This document shows, in pieces, positions 1 through 9,376 of a stretch of DNA of 64,000 bases. This stretch comes from Elusimicrobiota bacterium (GTDB lineage: Bacteria > Elusimicrobiota > Endomicrobiia > Endomicrobiales > JBDRNC01). Each line of letters starts with the position of its first letter. The first letter of the stretch is position 1. A program made the position numbers and the translations under genes. A model generated the notes under the pieces. The model searched no databases and was not told the origin of the DNA. It was given only the letters and a program-made list of their open reading frames with translations. The DNA lies in assembly GCA_043811535.1 (NCBI GenBank), contig JBDRNC010000020.1:8483-72482 (forward strand), written 5' to 3'.

Positions 1-1
1 G

Positions 2-1699
2 GAAATGAGGAAATGGCTGAAAATAATCCCGTCTTACAAGCTTGTTGACACGTGCGCCGGCGAATTTGAGGCCCGCACGCCTTATTTCTATTCTACGTAC
101 GAGAAAGAAGACGAGGTTACGCCGGGCAAGGGCAAAAAGGTCATGATACTCGGCGCCGGCCCGAACCGCATCGGGCAGGGCATAGAGTTTGACTACTGCT
201 GCGTTCACGCAGTTCTTTCTCTTAAAGACGACGGCTACCAGACTATCATGGTCAACTGCAATCCCGAGACGGTTTCAACCGATTACGATATCTCCGACAG
301 GCTGTATTTTGAGCCGCTGACCATAGAAGATGTGATGAATATCATAGAGAAGGAGAAACCTCTGGGCGTGATGGTCCAGTTTGGCGGCCAGACGCCGCTG
401 AACCTGACATCAGCGCTGGCAAAGGCGGGTGTGAAGATACTGGGCACGAGCCCGAGATCCATAAATATCGCGGAAGACCGGAAAGAATTCAGCAAGATAC
501 TCAATAAACTGAAGATACCGCAGGCGGCTTCAGGCACGGCGCTGACATTCGCCGAAGCAAAGACGATCGCCCACAAACTTACGTATCCTGTCATGGTAAG
601 GCCTTCTTATGTGCTGGGCGGGCGGGCGATGCAGATAATCTACGACGACACGATGTTGTCCGAATATATAGGGAAAGCCGTGCAGGCAAGCCCGGACCGG
701 CCGATACTGATAGATAAATTCCTGGACAGCGCGGTTGAGGTCGACGTTGACGCGCTAAGCGACGGGACGGACGTCTACATTGCGGGCATCATGGAGCATA
801 TCGAAGAAGCGGGGATACATTCCGGCGACTCGGCCTGCGTGATACCGACTAATTCTCTTAAAGACGAAACGTTGGAAACGATAAAAAAATATACGAAGGC
901 GCTGGCTCTTGAATTGCAGGTAAAAGGGCTGATAAATATTCAATTTGCCGTCAAAGACGGGGTGGTTTATATACTTGAAGCAAACCCGCGCGCTTCGCGC
1001 ACGGTGCCGTACGTCTCCAAGGCGACTGGCATACCGATAGCCAAACTGGCCGCGAAGGTCATGATGGATAAAAAACTGAAACAGCTGCTTCCAAAACAAC
1101 TGCTCGCTGATTCGCCGCCCAAGCTGAAGTGCGTCGCGGTCAAGGAAGTAGTTCTTCCATGGACGCGCTTCGCCAACGTAGATACTGTCCTCGGCCCGGA
1201 AATGAAAAGCACCGGCGAAGTGATGGGAATAGATATTGACTTTGGAAAAGCTTTCGCGAAAGCGGAGCTTGCTTCGGGCTCGGCTGTTCCGAGCGGCGGT
1301 TCGGTACTGGTCAGTCTCGGACCTGGCAAGAATGAATCTCTGCCGGTGCTGCGCGAGCTTATCGGATTGGGGTTTGAGATACTCGCGACAAAGCACACGG
1401 CGGAATTCCTTAGGCAGAACGGCCTTGAGGTCAGGGAAGTCAAGAAGATATCCGAGGGAAGGCCCAACGTAGTGGATGTTATCAAGAACCGGCAGGTAAG
1501 CCTTGTCATAAACACGCCCTCCGGAAAACGCAGCAGGGCCGACGGATACCATATAAGACGCAGCGCCGTCATGTATAATGTATCTATAGTAACAACTGTT
1601 GCCGCCGCAAAAGCCACAGTTGAAAGCATAAAAGCCGTACGCGCCAGCGGCTGGACCGTAAAATCATTACAAGAATACCATAAGAAATTAAAAGATTGA
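2..1699 (+). CDS. carB: carbamoyl-phosphate synthase large subunit, C-terminal half (5' end outside window, or a split carB)
   Basis: Frame is open to base 2. Product aligns to the second ATP-grasp plus MGS-like allosteric domain of CarB (GPNRIGQGIEFDYCCVH, MVNCNPETVSTDYD, LEANPRASRTVP). Confidence 0.9.
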   Translation, partial: EMRKWLKIIPSYKLVDTCAGEFEARTPYFYSTYEKEDEVTPGKGKKVMILGAGPNRIGQGIEFDYCCVHAVLSLKDDGYQTIMVNCNPETVSTDYDISDRLYFEPLTIEDVMNIIEKEKPLGVMVQFGGQTPLNLTSALAKAGVKILGTSPRSINIAEDRKEFSKILNKLKIPQAASGTALTFAEAKTIAHKLTYPVMVRPSYVLGGRAMQIIYDDTMLSEYIGKAVQASPDRPILIDKFLDSAVEVDVDALSDGTDVYIAGIMEHIEEAGIHSGDSACVIPTNSLKDETLETIKKYTKALALELQVKGLINIQFAVKDGVVYILEANPRASRTVPYVSKATGIPIAKLAAKVMMDKKLKQLLPKQLLADSPPKLKCVAVKEVVLPWTRFANVDTVLGPEMKSTGEVMGIDIDFGKAFAKAELASGSAVPSGGSVLVSLGPGKNESLPVLRELIGLGFEILATKHTAEFLRQNGLEVREVKKISEGRPNVVDVIKNRQVSLVINTPSGKRSRADGYHIRRSAVMYNVSIVTTVAAAKATVESIKAVRASGWTVKSLQEYHKKLKD

Positions 1700-1735
1700 A
1701 AGATTGGAAAGATTTAAAGATTAACGGCTTAACAG
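1691..1735. repeat. imperfect 7-9-nt tandem word array overlapping the carB stop
   Basis: AAAGATT GAAAGATT GGAAAGATT TAAAGATT AACGGCTT AACAG, read directly. Confidence 0.8.
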
Positions 1736-1762
1736 AACGACAGAAAAACTGAAAGAAACGAT

Positions 1763-1787
1763 AGCAATTAGCAATTGACAATTAGTC
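1763..1787. repeat. heptad array AGCAATT x3.5
   Basis: AGCAATT AGCAATT GACAATT AGTC. Confidence 0.8.
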
Positions 1788-1834
1788 AAAACTCGCAACT
1801 CATCACTAAATCTGCACAGCCCGGAGGAAAACAA

Positions 1835-4800
1835 ATGCCTCGCAGAAAAGACATCAGTAAAGTTCTGGTCATCGGTTCCGGTCCTATAATCATAGGGCAG
1901 GCATGCGAATTCGATTATTCAGGCACGCAGGCCTGCAAAGCGCTGAAGGAAGAAGGATACCAGGTTGTCCTCGTCAACTCTAACCCCGCCACTATCATGA
2001 CCGATCCCGAAATGGCCGACAGGACCTACATTGAACCGCTCAATGCGGAAATGCTTGAAAAGATAATAGAAAAAGAAAGGCCTGACGCGCTTCTCCCAAA
2101 TCTCGGCGGGCAAACCGGCCTTAATCTCTCTTCGGAACTCAGCAAGCTTGGGATTCTGGAAAAATATAACGTCAAATTAATCGGTTGTTCCGCGGACACC
2201 ATAGAGCGCGGCGAAGACAGGATAATTTTCAAGGAAACAATGGCGAAACTCGGCATTCCCGTGCCGAAAAGCTCCCCGTCGCATACCATTGAAGAAGCTG
2301 AAAAGATAGCGGAGGATATAGGATATCCGGTAATACTGCGGCCGGCATATACGATGGGCGGGACCGGAAGCGGTATAGTTTTCAACTGCGAGGAACTCAG
2401 AACCATAGCGGCAAGGGGCCTTGCGGTGAGCATGGTGCACCAGGTTTTAGTTGAACAGTGCGTGCTCGGATGGGAAGAGCTTGAGCTTGAGGTTGTGCGC
2501 GATACGAAAGGGCAGAAGATAACAGTTTGTTTCATAGAAAATATCGACCCTATGGGCGTGCACACCGGCGACAGCTTCTGCGTGGCGCCGATGCTGACGA
2601 TATCAAAGGAACTTCAGGCGAAACTGCAGGATTTTTCATACAGAATAGTTGACGCGATAGGTGTCGTGGGCGGGACGAATATACAGTTTGCCCATAACCA
2701 GGATACCGGCGAAGTCGTTGCTATAGAGATAAATCCGCGCACGTCGCGGTCTTCGGCGCTTGCGTCAAAAGCGACCGGATTCCCCATAGCCAGGATTTCG
2801 GCGAAACTCGCGGCGGGGCTGAATCTGGACGAGATTGATTACTGGCGCGACGGCACGCTGGATAAATACACACCGAGCGGCGATTATGTGGTGCTTAAAT
2901 TCGCGCGCTGGGCTTTTGAGAAGTTCCCGCAGGTTGAGGATAAGCTCGGCTCGCAGATGCAGGCGGTCGGCGAAGTGATGAGCATCGGCAAGAACTTTAA
3001 AGAGGCCTTTCAAAAAGCGATACGCTCGCTGGAAATCAAGCGTTACGGGTTGGGGGTTAAAAAGTTCTCCGAGATGTCCGAAAACGAACTAAGAACGCGC
3101 CTGAGTTATCCTTCAAGCGAAAGGTTTTTCCTGATGTACGAGGCGCTGCGCAAGGGATACAAGGTGGCAGAACTCTACCAGATGACGAAGGTGAAAAAGT
3201 GGTTCATCAGGCAGATGCAGGAGCTTGTCGAGTTCGAAGAAGACATAAAAAAATGCAAAAAACTTACGAAAGAAATACTCATTCAAGCTAAGGAAAACGG
3301 TTTTTCCGACAGGTATCTCGCGCAGCTGACCGGCGCGAAAGAAGCGGATATAAGGAAGCAGAGGCTCGCGGCCGGCAAGAAAGAGCATTACGAAGCGGTC
3401 CCGGTAAGCGGCGCCAAGGGGGAGTACTACTTCTCAACTTACTGCGCGAAAGATTCTGTTACGGTGTCGGATAAAAAGAAGGTCATAATTCTCGGGGGCG
3501 GACCGAACAGGATAGGGCAGGGAATAGAATTCGACTATACCTGCGTGCACGCCGCATTCGCGCTTAGGGAAGAAGGCATCGAATCGGTAATGATAAACTG
3601 CAATCCGGAGACGGTTTCAACCGATTACGACACGTCGAACAAGCTCTATTTCGAGCCGTTGACGGTTGAAGACGTGCTTTCCATATATGAAAAGGAAAAG
3701 CCCGAAGGCGTAATAGTCCAGTTCGGCGGCCAGACGCCGCTCAATATCGCTCAGGAGCTTGAAGACGCGGGCGTTAAGATACTCGGGACAAGCACGAAGA
3801 GCATCGCTATGGCGGAAGACAGGGAGCAATTCAAGGATATCGCCACTAAACTCGGCATACCACAGCCGGAGAGCGGCATAGCAAGGTCCGTTGACGAAGC
3901 GCTCGCGATAGCCAGGCGGATAGGATATCCGCTCATGGCGCGTCCTTCATTCGTGCTGGGCGGCCGCGGCATGCAGGTTGTATTCAATGAGAACATGTTC
4001 ATGGATTATATAAAGATGGCGGTGGACGTGAGTCCGGAGTACCCGATTCTGATAGATAAATTCCTGGAACAGGCCATAGAGACCGAGGTTGACGCCATTT
4101 CGGACGGCGAGGACGTATATATTCCGGCCATAATGGAGCACATAGAGCTGGCAGGCATACATTCGGGCGACAGCGCCTGCGTTATACCATCGCGCACTAT
4201 CCCTGAAAAGGCGAAAAAGGCCATGCTGGAATACACCGAAAAGCTGGCCAGGGAACTGAAGGTTGTCGGGCTCATGAACGTGCAGTACGCCATAGCCGAG
4301 GGCAAGGTCTACATACTTGAGGCCAACCCGCGCGCCTCGCGCACCGTGCCGCTCGTAAGCAAGGTCATGGGCATTTCCATGGCCAAGATAGCAACGAAAC
4401 TGATGATGGGCAGGAAGCTGAAAGATCTGACCGATTTCAAGATGCGCGAAGTAAAACATGTAGGCGTCAAAGAGGCCGTCTTCCCGTTCAACATGTTCCC
4501 GGCGGTTGATCCGCTGCTCGGTCCCGAGATGAAAGCTACGGGCGAGGTCCTGGGAATGGCGACGTCTTTCGGGCTCGCATACTATAAAGCAGAGGAAGCC
4601 GCCGGAATGCAGCTTCCGGCAGAAGGGACCGTGCTCATTTCGGTCGCGGACAGGGACAAGAAATACATAATTGACATAATAAACAAGCTTGTAAAACTCG
4701 GATTCAAGATATCCGCTACGCGAGGCACAAAGGATTATCTGGAAAAGAACGGGATTCAGGCCGAACTCGCGCTTAAGCTGACCGAAGGCAGGCCGTCCAT

Positions 4801-5017
4801 AACGGACGACATCGTGAATAAGAAGATCAGTATGATCATCAACACTCCGCGCGGCGAAGGCGGAAAATACGACGATAGTTACATCAGAAAAACCGCTATA
4901 CAGCAGAAAGTGCCCTATATTACGACCATCGCCGCCGCTTCTGCCGCTGTTGAAGGCATTGAAGCGATAAAGAACGATAAAATAGAAGTTAAGGCGCTGC
5001 AGGATTATCATAAATAA
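1835..5017 (+). CDS. carB: carbamoyl-phosphate synthase large subunit, full length (1060 aa)
   Basis: Both ATP-grasp halves, oligomerisation and allosteric domains are present. I moved the start to ATG 1835 (MPRRKDISKVLVIGSGPIIIGQACEFDYSG), which follows GGAGG at 1823-1827. The track start at 1775 adds 20 non-homologous residues. Confidence 0.95.
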   Translation: MPRRKDISKVLVIGSGPIIIGQACEFDYSGTQACKALKEEGYQVVLVNSNPATIMTDPEMADRTYIEPLNAEMLEKIIEKERPDALLPNLGGQTGLNLSSELSKLGILEKYNVKLIGCSADTIERGEDRIIFKETMAKLGIPVPKSSPSHTIEEAEKIAEDIGYPVILRPAYTMGGTGSGIVFNCEELRTIAARGLAVSMVHQVLVEQCVLGWEELELEVVRDTKGQKITVCFIENIDPMGVHTGDSFCVAPMLTISKELQAKLQDFSYRIVDAIGVVGGTNIQFAHNQDTGEVVAIEINPRTSRSSALASKATGFPIARISAKLAAGLNLDEIDYWRDGTLDKYTPSGDYVVLKFARWAFEKFPQVEDKLGSQMQAVGEVMSIGKNFKEAFQKAIRSLEIKRYGLGVKKFSEMSENELRTRLSYPSSERFFLMYEALRKGYKVAELYQMTKVKKWFIRQMQELVEFEEDIKKCKKLTKEILIQAKENGFSDRYLAQLTGAKEADIRKQRLAAGKKEHYEAVPVSGAKGEYYFSTYCAKDSVTVSDKKKVIILGGGPNRIGQGIEFDYTCVHAAFALREEGIESVMINCNPETVSTDYDTSNKLYFEPLTVEDVLSIYEKEKPEGVIVQFGGQTPLNIAQELEDAGVKILGTSTKSIAMAEDREQFKDIATKLGIPQPESGIARSVDEALAIARRIGYPLMARPSFVLGGRGMQVVFNENMFMDYIKMAVDVSPEYPILIDKFLEQAIETEVDAISDGEDVYIPAIMEHIELAGIHSGDSACVIPSRTIPEKAKKAMLEYTEKLARELKVVGLMNVQYAIAEGKVYILEANPRASRTVPLVSKVMGISMAKIATKLMMGRKLKDLTDFKMREVKHVGVKEAVFPFNMFPAVDPLLGPEMKATGEVLGMATSFGLAYYKAEEAAGMQLPAEGTVLISVADRDKKYIIDIINKLVKLGFKISATRGTKDYLEKNGIQAELALKLTEGRPSITDDIVNKKISMIINTPRGEGGKYDDSYIRKTAIQQKVPYITTIAAASAAVEGIEAIKNDKIEVKALQDYHK

Positions 5018-5032
5018 CTGCAGCAATTAGCA

Positions 5033-5051
5033 ATTGGCAATTAGCAATTAG
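5033..5051. repeat. heptad array GCAATTA/GCAATTG
   Basis: GCAATTA GCAATTG GCAATTA GCAATTAG immediately after the carB stop. Confidence 0.8.
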
Positions 5052-5154
5052 AAAAACTAACAGTCAAAAAAAATATTTTGGAAATATTTTTTGAGAAAAA
5101 CGTTCTCCGACGGAAAACCTGCCGGAAAATATTTTGAAATAAATTGAAAAAAAC

Positions 5155-5183
5155 TTGACACACAACTAGTTGTATGATATAAT
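5155..5183 (+). promoter_or_regulatory. consensus sigma70-type promoter TTGACA-17-TATAAT
   Basis: TTGACA 5155-5160, 17-nt spacer, TATAAT 5178-5183. Confidence 0.7.
5160..5175. promoter_or_regulatory. NrdR-box-like palindrome inside the promoter spacer
   Basis: ACACAACTAGTTGTAT with perfect inner palindrome ACAACTAGTTGT. It resembles the 16-bp NrdR box (ACACwAtATaTwGTGT). Confidence 0.55.
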
Positions 5184-5245
5184 CCCCTTAGACAAGATGT
5201 AGTGGTATTTGGCTTTGTTAGGGGGGATTTTATTATTCCTTGACA

Positions 5246-5261
5246 ACGCAATATATAGCAT
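5246..5261. promoter_or_regulatory. second NrdR-box-like site
   Basis: ACGCAATATATAGCAT, about 12/16 matches to the NrdR-box consensus by eye. It lies 86 bp centre-to-centre from the first site, which is not the usual tandem spacing. Confidence 0.35.
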
Positions 5262-5552
5262 AGGCTGGCTCTGAAATACAACCTGTAGTGTTCCGGACGC
5301 GCCCAAACAAACCTCAGAGGCCCTGTTAGATACTCCAAAACCTATACGCACAGACAGCCTTCTACCCGCAGTTTTTTGTTTTTTTAGCAGTTTTTAAAGG
5401 AACAATCTTTTAAATCTTTCTAATCCACCTTCGTCCATCATGATGGACTTCGGCGGATTTCAGCTTGCTGTCAAATGACTTATTCATATACGGGCTTACG
5501 CCCGTAGAGCTTCAATCTTTCAAATCTTTGTAATCTTGTAATTGTATCTATT

Positions 5553-6053
5553 ATGCGCTGCCCCTTCTGCAAGAGTTTTAACGACCAAGTCATAGATTCC
5601 AGGCCGATGGACGAATCTTCTGTCATCCGCAGGCGAAGGGAATGCCTGGAATGCAATAAAAGATTCACAACCTACGAACGCCTTGAGGAGATGCCTCTCA
5701 TGGTGGTCAAATCCGACCAGCGCAGGGAGCTTTTTAACCGCCAGAAAATCCGCGAAGGAATAGCCAAAGCATGCGAAAAACGCCCGATCTCGCAGGACAC
5801 AATTGAAAAGATAGCCAGCGAAGTGGAATACGAGTTGCAGGACTACGTGATGGAGGCCCCGAGCCGCACTATAGGCGGAAAAGTCCTTGAGAAGCTCAAG
5901 AAGATAGACCACGTGGCCTATATAAGGTTCGCTTCGGTCTATCACCAGTTCGAGGACATAGATAAGTTCATGAAAGAACTTAAAAAGATCAAAAAAGAAT
6001 ACAAAAATATGGAAGAATCAAAAGCGGAAGAAATCAAAAAAAGCAGCGAGTAA
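5553..6053 (+). CDS. nrdR: transcriptional repressor NrdR (zinc ribbon + ATP-cone)
   Basis: MRCPFC...CLECNKRFTTYE zinc ribbon followed by an ATP-cone. It sits directly upstream of an RNR gene. Confidence 0.95.
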   Translation: MRCPFCKSFNDQVIDSRPMDESSVIRRRRECLECNKRFTTYERLEEMPLMVVKSDQRRELFNRQKIREGIAKACEKRPISQDTIEKIASEVEYELQDYVMEAPSRTIGGKVLEKLKKIDHVAYIRFASVYHQFEDIDKFMKELKKIKKEYKNMEESKAEEIKKSSE

Positions 6054-6065
6054 GAAATAGAGAGA

Positions 6066-6093
6066 GTAGCCGGCACTTAAGTGCCGGTCTACC
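6066..6093. repeat. CTTAAG-centred palindromic hairpin, copy 1
   Basis: GTAGCCGGCACTTAAGTGCCGGTCTACC. A near-identical copy lies at 12401-12428. Confidence 0.85.
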
Positions 6094-6229
6094 TAAGACA
6101 GGTGTCAATACCCTTCGGGTATTTCGCAATAGGACAGTTCAATACTACGCTTAAGGTGCTCAATCCCCTTCGGGGATCTCACTTGCGACAATTTAGAAAA
6201 ACACTTAAGGTGTTCGAGGAGGCAGTGAA

Positions 6230-8548
6230 ATGGTTATGAGTTTAAATCGACAGGAGCTCTTGCAGAAAGTGAAACCGGTGTTAACGCAGAATTCCCTTAC
6301 TGTTCTGAAAAAACGATATTTACGCAAAGACGTAACCGGCAACGCTATCGAGGAGCCGGCGGAGCTTTTTTGGAGGGTTGCCGAGAACATCGCGCAGGCC
6401 GACAAGAATTATGATCAGAACGCCGATATTGAGTCGCTTGCTCAGGAATTCTACATACTCATGGCCACGCTTGATTTTCTCCCGAACTCGCCTACCCTTA
6501 TGAATGCCGGCAGGGAACTGCAGCAGCTTTCCGCGTGCTTCGTCCTTCCGATAGAAGATTCAATGGACTCTATTTTTGAGACGCTGAAAAATACGGCGAT
6601 TATACATAAATCCGGCGGCGGCACGGGTTTTTCTTTCACGCGCCTGCGCCCTAAAAACGACATGGTCGCCAGCACCAGCGGCGTTTCATCAGGCCCGGTA
6701 TCTTTCATGCAGGTCTTTAACTCCGCCACTGAAGCGATAAAGCAGGGCGGCACGCGGCGCGGCGCGAACATGGGGATCCTTCGGGTGGACCACCCGGATA
6801 TCATGGATTTCATATCCTGCAAAACTAAAAACGAGAGCCTCAACAACTTCAATATATCTGTCGCGCTCACGGCCGAGTTTATGGACGCCGTTGAAGACGA
6901 CAGTGAATTCGCGCTTTACAGCCCCAGGACAAAACAAGAGCTCGGGCGCATGCGCGCGAAAGACGTATTTGAAAAGATAGTGGACCAGGCGTGGAGGAAC
7001 GGCGAGCCGGGAATAGTATTCATAGACCGAATCAACGCGGCGAACCCGACGCCCGCGGTGGGCATGATAGAATCCACGAACCCCTGCGGGGAACAGCCGC
7101 TCCTTCCTTATGAATCCTGCAACCTCGGCTCAATTAACCTGTCGCACATGGTTTACGAAGGCAAGATAGACTGGAACCGCCTTGAAAAAGTCATAAAAAC
7201 CTCCGTGCATTTCTTGGACAACGTCATAGACATGAATAACTACCCGATTGAACAGATAGCCCAGATGACCAGGTCAAACCGGAAGATCGGCCTCGGCGTG
7301 ATGGGCTGGGCCGACATGCTTGTGCAGCTTAACATATCTTATAACTCGCATGAAGCGATGAAACTCGCGGAAAAGATAATGTCATTCGTGCAGGACAAGG
7401 CACGCGACGCGTCCGAGGTGCTGGCAGAAAAGCGCGGCGCTTTTCCGAACTTCAAGCAGAGCATTTATAGCGACCAGAAGCCGAGAAGGAACGCGACGCT
7501 CACGACGATAGCTCCCACGGGCACGATAGGCATAATCGCGAACGCCTCCAGCGGCGTTGAGCCCTACTTCGGGCTTGTGTACAAGCGCGCGAACGTGCTT
7601 GACAACCAGGAGATGATGGAGATAAATCCGTTTTTTGAGCAATCCGCCAAAGATATGGGCTTCCATTCCGACGGCCTTATGGGCCGCATAGCCGAGAGAG
7701 GCAGCATCAAGGAGTTCAAGGAAATCCCGGAAAAAACCCGCAAGGTATACACCACATCGCACGATATATCACCTGAAGACCACATCAGGATGCAGGCAGT
7801 TTTCCAGAAATACACCGATAACGCGGTATCAAAAACAGTCAACTTCTCGCATTCGGCGACCAGGGATGACGTCGCCAGCGTCTACATGCTGGCATACAAG
7901 CTCGGGTGTAAGGGCGTCACGGTTTACCGTGACGGCAGCCGCGATGTGCAGGTGCTCAATATTGGCAGCGCGCCGGCGGGCAAGGACGGCAAGATGGAGT
8001 TTAAGGAACGCCGGCCGCGCCACCGCCCGAAAGTCACGCACGGCTCCACGCTTCTCATGAATACCGGATGCGGAAAGATGTATGTCACGGTTAACGAAGA
8101 CGAGCAGGGCGCGTGCGAGGTATTCACTCAGCTTGGAAAATCCGGCGGGTGTACGGCGTCGCAGGCCGAGGCGGTAAGCCGCATGATATCGCTGGCGCTG
8201 CGTTCCGGGATAAGCCAGGAAGAGATCGTCTTCCAGCTGAAAGGGATACGCTGCCCGTCGCCGACGCTGGCCGAAGGCGGCGCGATACTTTCATGCGCGG
8301 ACGCGATAGCAAAAGCCCTTGAAAACTATCAGAAGGAAAGGGTTATACCGGACCTTTTCAGCGGAGATACCAAAGCGATCCCGGCGACAACGGTAATTGA
8401 GGCGAAGAAAAGCTCGGGAACAGGCGGCAATCTTAATAAACGCGACTTTGTCGGCTCGTGCCCGCAGTGCCCCGAATGCGGCGAGATGCTTGAATTCGGC
8501 GAAGGCTGTGTTGTGTGCCGGAGCTGCGGATACTCTAAATGTTGGTAG
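6230..8548 (+). CDS. nrdJ: class II (adenosylcobalamin-dependent) ribonucleotide reductase
   Basis: 772 aa with [15 protein letters not shown] and a C-terminal CxxC...CxxC zinc-ribbon tail. RBS GAGGAGG lies upstream. Confidence 0.9.
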   Translation: MVMSLNRQELLQKVKPVLTQNSLTVLKKRYLRKDVTGNAIEEPAELFWRVAENIAQADKNYDQNADIESLAQEFYILMATLDFLPNSPTLMNAGRELQQLSACFVLPIEDSMDSIFETLKNTAIIHKSGGGTGFSFTRLRPKNDMVASTSGVSSGPVSFMQVFNSATEAIKQGGTRRGANMGILRVDHPDIMDFISCKTKNESLNNFNISVALTAEFMDAVEDDSEFALYSPRTKQELGRMRAKDVFEKIVDQAWRNGEPGIVFIDRINAANPTPAVGMIESTNPCGEQPLLPYESCNLGSINLSHMVYEGKIDWNRLEKVIKTSVHFLDNVIDMNNYPIEQIAQMTRSNRKIGLGVMGWADMLVQLNISYNSHEAMKLAEKIMSFVQDKARDASEVLAEKRGAFPNFKQSIYSDQKPRRNATLTTIAPTGTIGIIANASSGVEPYFGLVYKRANVLDNQEMMEINPFFEQSAKDMGFHSDGLMGRIAERGSIKEFKEIPEKTRKVYTTSHDISPEDHIRMQAVFQKYTDNAVSKTVNFSHSATRDDVASVYMLAYKLGCKGVTVYRDGSRDVQVLNIGSAPAGKDGKMEFKERRPRHRPKVTHGSTLLMNTGCGKMYVTVNEDEQGACEVFTQLGKSGGCTASQAEAVSRMISLALRSGISQEEIVFQLKGIRCPSPTLAEGGAILSCADAIAKALENYQKERVIPDLFSGDTKAIPATTVIEAKKSSGTGGNLNKRDFVGSCPQCPECGEMLEFGEGCVVCRSCGYSKCW

Positions 8549-8556
8549 TTAAGACA

Positions 8557-8628
8557 GCGATTGGCAATTGGCGATTAGTTAAAGGCTTTTTGTCGTTACT
8601 AATGGCTAATGGCAAATCGCTAATTGCT
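8557..8628. repeat. heptad-word inverted repeat (GCGATTG/GCAATTG arms vs ACTAATG/GCTAATG arms)
   Basis: Left arm GCGATTGGCAATTGGCGATTAGT, loop, right arm ACTAATGGCTAATGGCAAATCGC. The arms are imperfectly complementary. Confidence 0.75.
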
Positions 8629-8657
8629 AAAAAACAATAACAGGATAGTCCTAAGAT

Positions 8658-9212
8658 ATGATTAAATCTGACTCATGGATTAAAATGATGGCCCGCGATA
8701 AGGGCATGATTGAGCCGTTTGCGGAAGAGCAGGTGCGGAACGGCAATATATCTTACGGGCTTTCTTCGTACGGCTACGACATGCGCGTGGCGAACGAATT
8801 CAAGCTATTCAAGGAAAACGCAGGTTCGATACTGGATCCGAAGAATTTCAAGGAATCCGACTTTGAAACGCTGAAAGTCAGTGATTTCATTCTTATCCCG
8901 CCGAACTCGTTCGTGATAGGCAGAAGTGTTGAATATTTCAGGATACCAAGGAATGTCGTTACCTGCTGTTTCGGGAAATCGACATACGCCAGGTGCGGGG
9001 TTATAGTCAACGTGACTCCTTTTGAGCCGGAGTGGGAGGGTTTCGTGACCATGAGCATATCCAACACCGCGCCGGTGCCTGCGAAATTATACGTGAATGA
9101 AGGCATAGCCCAGGTTCTTTTCTTTGAGAGTGACGAGGTTTGCGCGGTTTCATACGCCGACCGCAAGGGCAAGTATCAGGCTCAGAAGACGATAACTTTA
9201 CCGAAGATATGA
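8658..9212 (+). CDS. dcd: dCTP deaminase
   Basis: 184 aa with [29 protein letters not shown] and EPEWEG, typical of Dcd. Confidence 0.9.
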   Translation: MIKSDSWIKMMARDKGMIEPFAEEQVRNGNISYGLSSYGYDMRVANEFKLFKENAGSILDPKNFKESDFETLKVSDFILIPPNSFVIGRSVEYFRIPRNVVTCCFGKSTYARCGVIVNVTPFEPEWEGFVTMSISNTAPVPAKLYVNEGIAQVLFFESDEVCAVSYADRKGKYQAQKTITLPKI

Positions 9213-9275
9213 GCCTGAAGCAAGTCCTTTGCGAAGCAGAAGGACTCAGAAAACTATCACTCTACCCAAGATATA

Positions 9276-9354
9276 GCCATTAGCAATTTGCTATTGGCAA
9301 TTAGTGAAAAACAATTAGAAGTTTACTAATAGCTAATGGCTAATTACTAATAGC
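9276..9354. repeat. heptad-word inverted repeat (ATTAGCA/ATTGGCA arms vs CTAATAG/CTAATGG arms)
   Basis: GCCATTAGCAATTTGCTATTGGCAATTAGT - GAAAAACAATTAGAAGTTT - ACTAATAGCTAATGGCTAATTACTAATAGC. Confidence 0.75.
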
Positions 9355-9376
9355 TGAAAACTGGAGGTTTTAACAA

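Noticed and set aside
1775-1834. Upstream track start codons at 1775 (carB), 15104 (purS), 29649 (purN), 32138 (AraC), 33142 (GH), 42385 and 43206 (CBM-like), and 52391 (nth).
   Set aside because: The N-terminal extensions are non-homologous or run through repeat elements. Downstream starts have better RBS or signal-peptide context, or ATGA coupling to the previous gene, so I chose those. None of the starts has been experimentally verified.
3947-5026. Long minus-strand ORFs at 3947-5026 (359 aa), 21921-22889 (322 aa), 34228-35121 (297 aa), 755-1552 (265 aa), 26240-26923 (227 aa) and others.
   Set aside because: All lie antisense to strongly supported + strand genes (carB, purE/pyrR, GH paralogue, pyrD). 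Their products are low-complexity, Arg/Ser/Pro-rich and lack recognisable motifs, so they are shadow ORFs.
5190-5400. A 6S RNA, cobalamin riboswitch or other known RNA between the 5155 promoter and nrdR.
   Set aside because: I found no B12-box-like sequence and no long end-to-end helix with a central bubble. The T-run at about 5371-5387 is not preceded by a GC hairpin. I recorded the region only as an unexplained long leader.
6181-6229. A NrdR box directly upstream of nrdJ (AACACTTAAGGTGTT).
   Set aside because: ACAC and GTGT are separated by 5 nt instead of 8 nt, so it is not a 16-bp NrdR operator. The sequence belongs to the CTTAAG-centred palindrome family instead.
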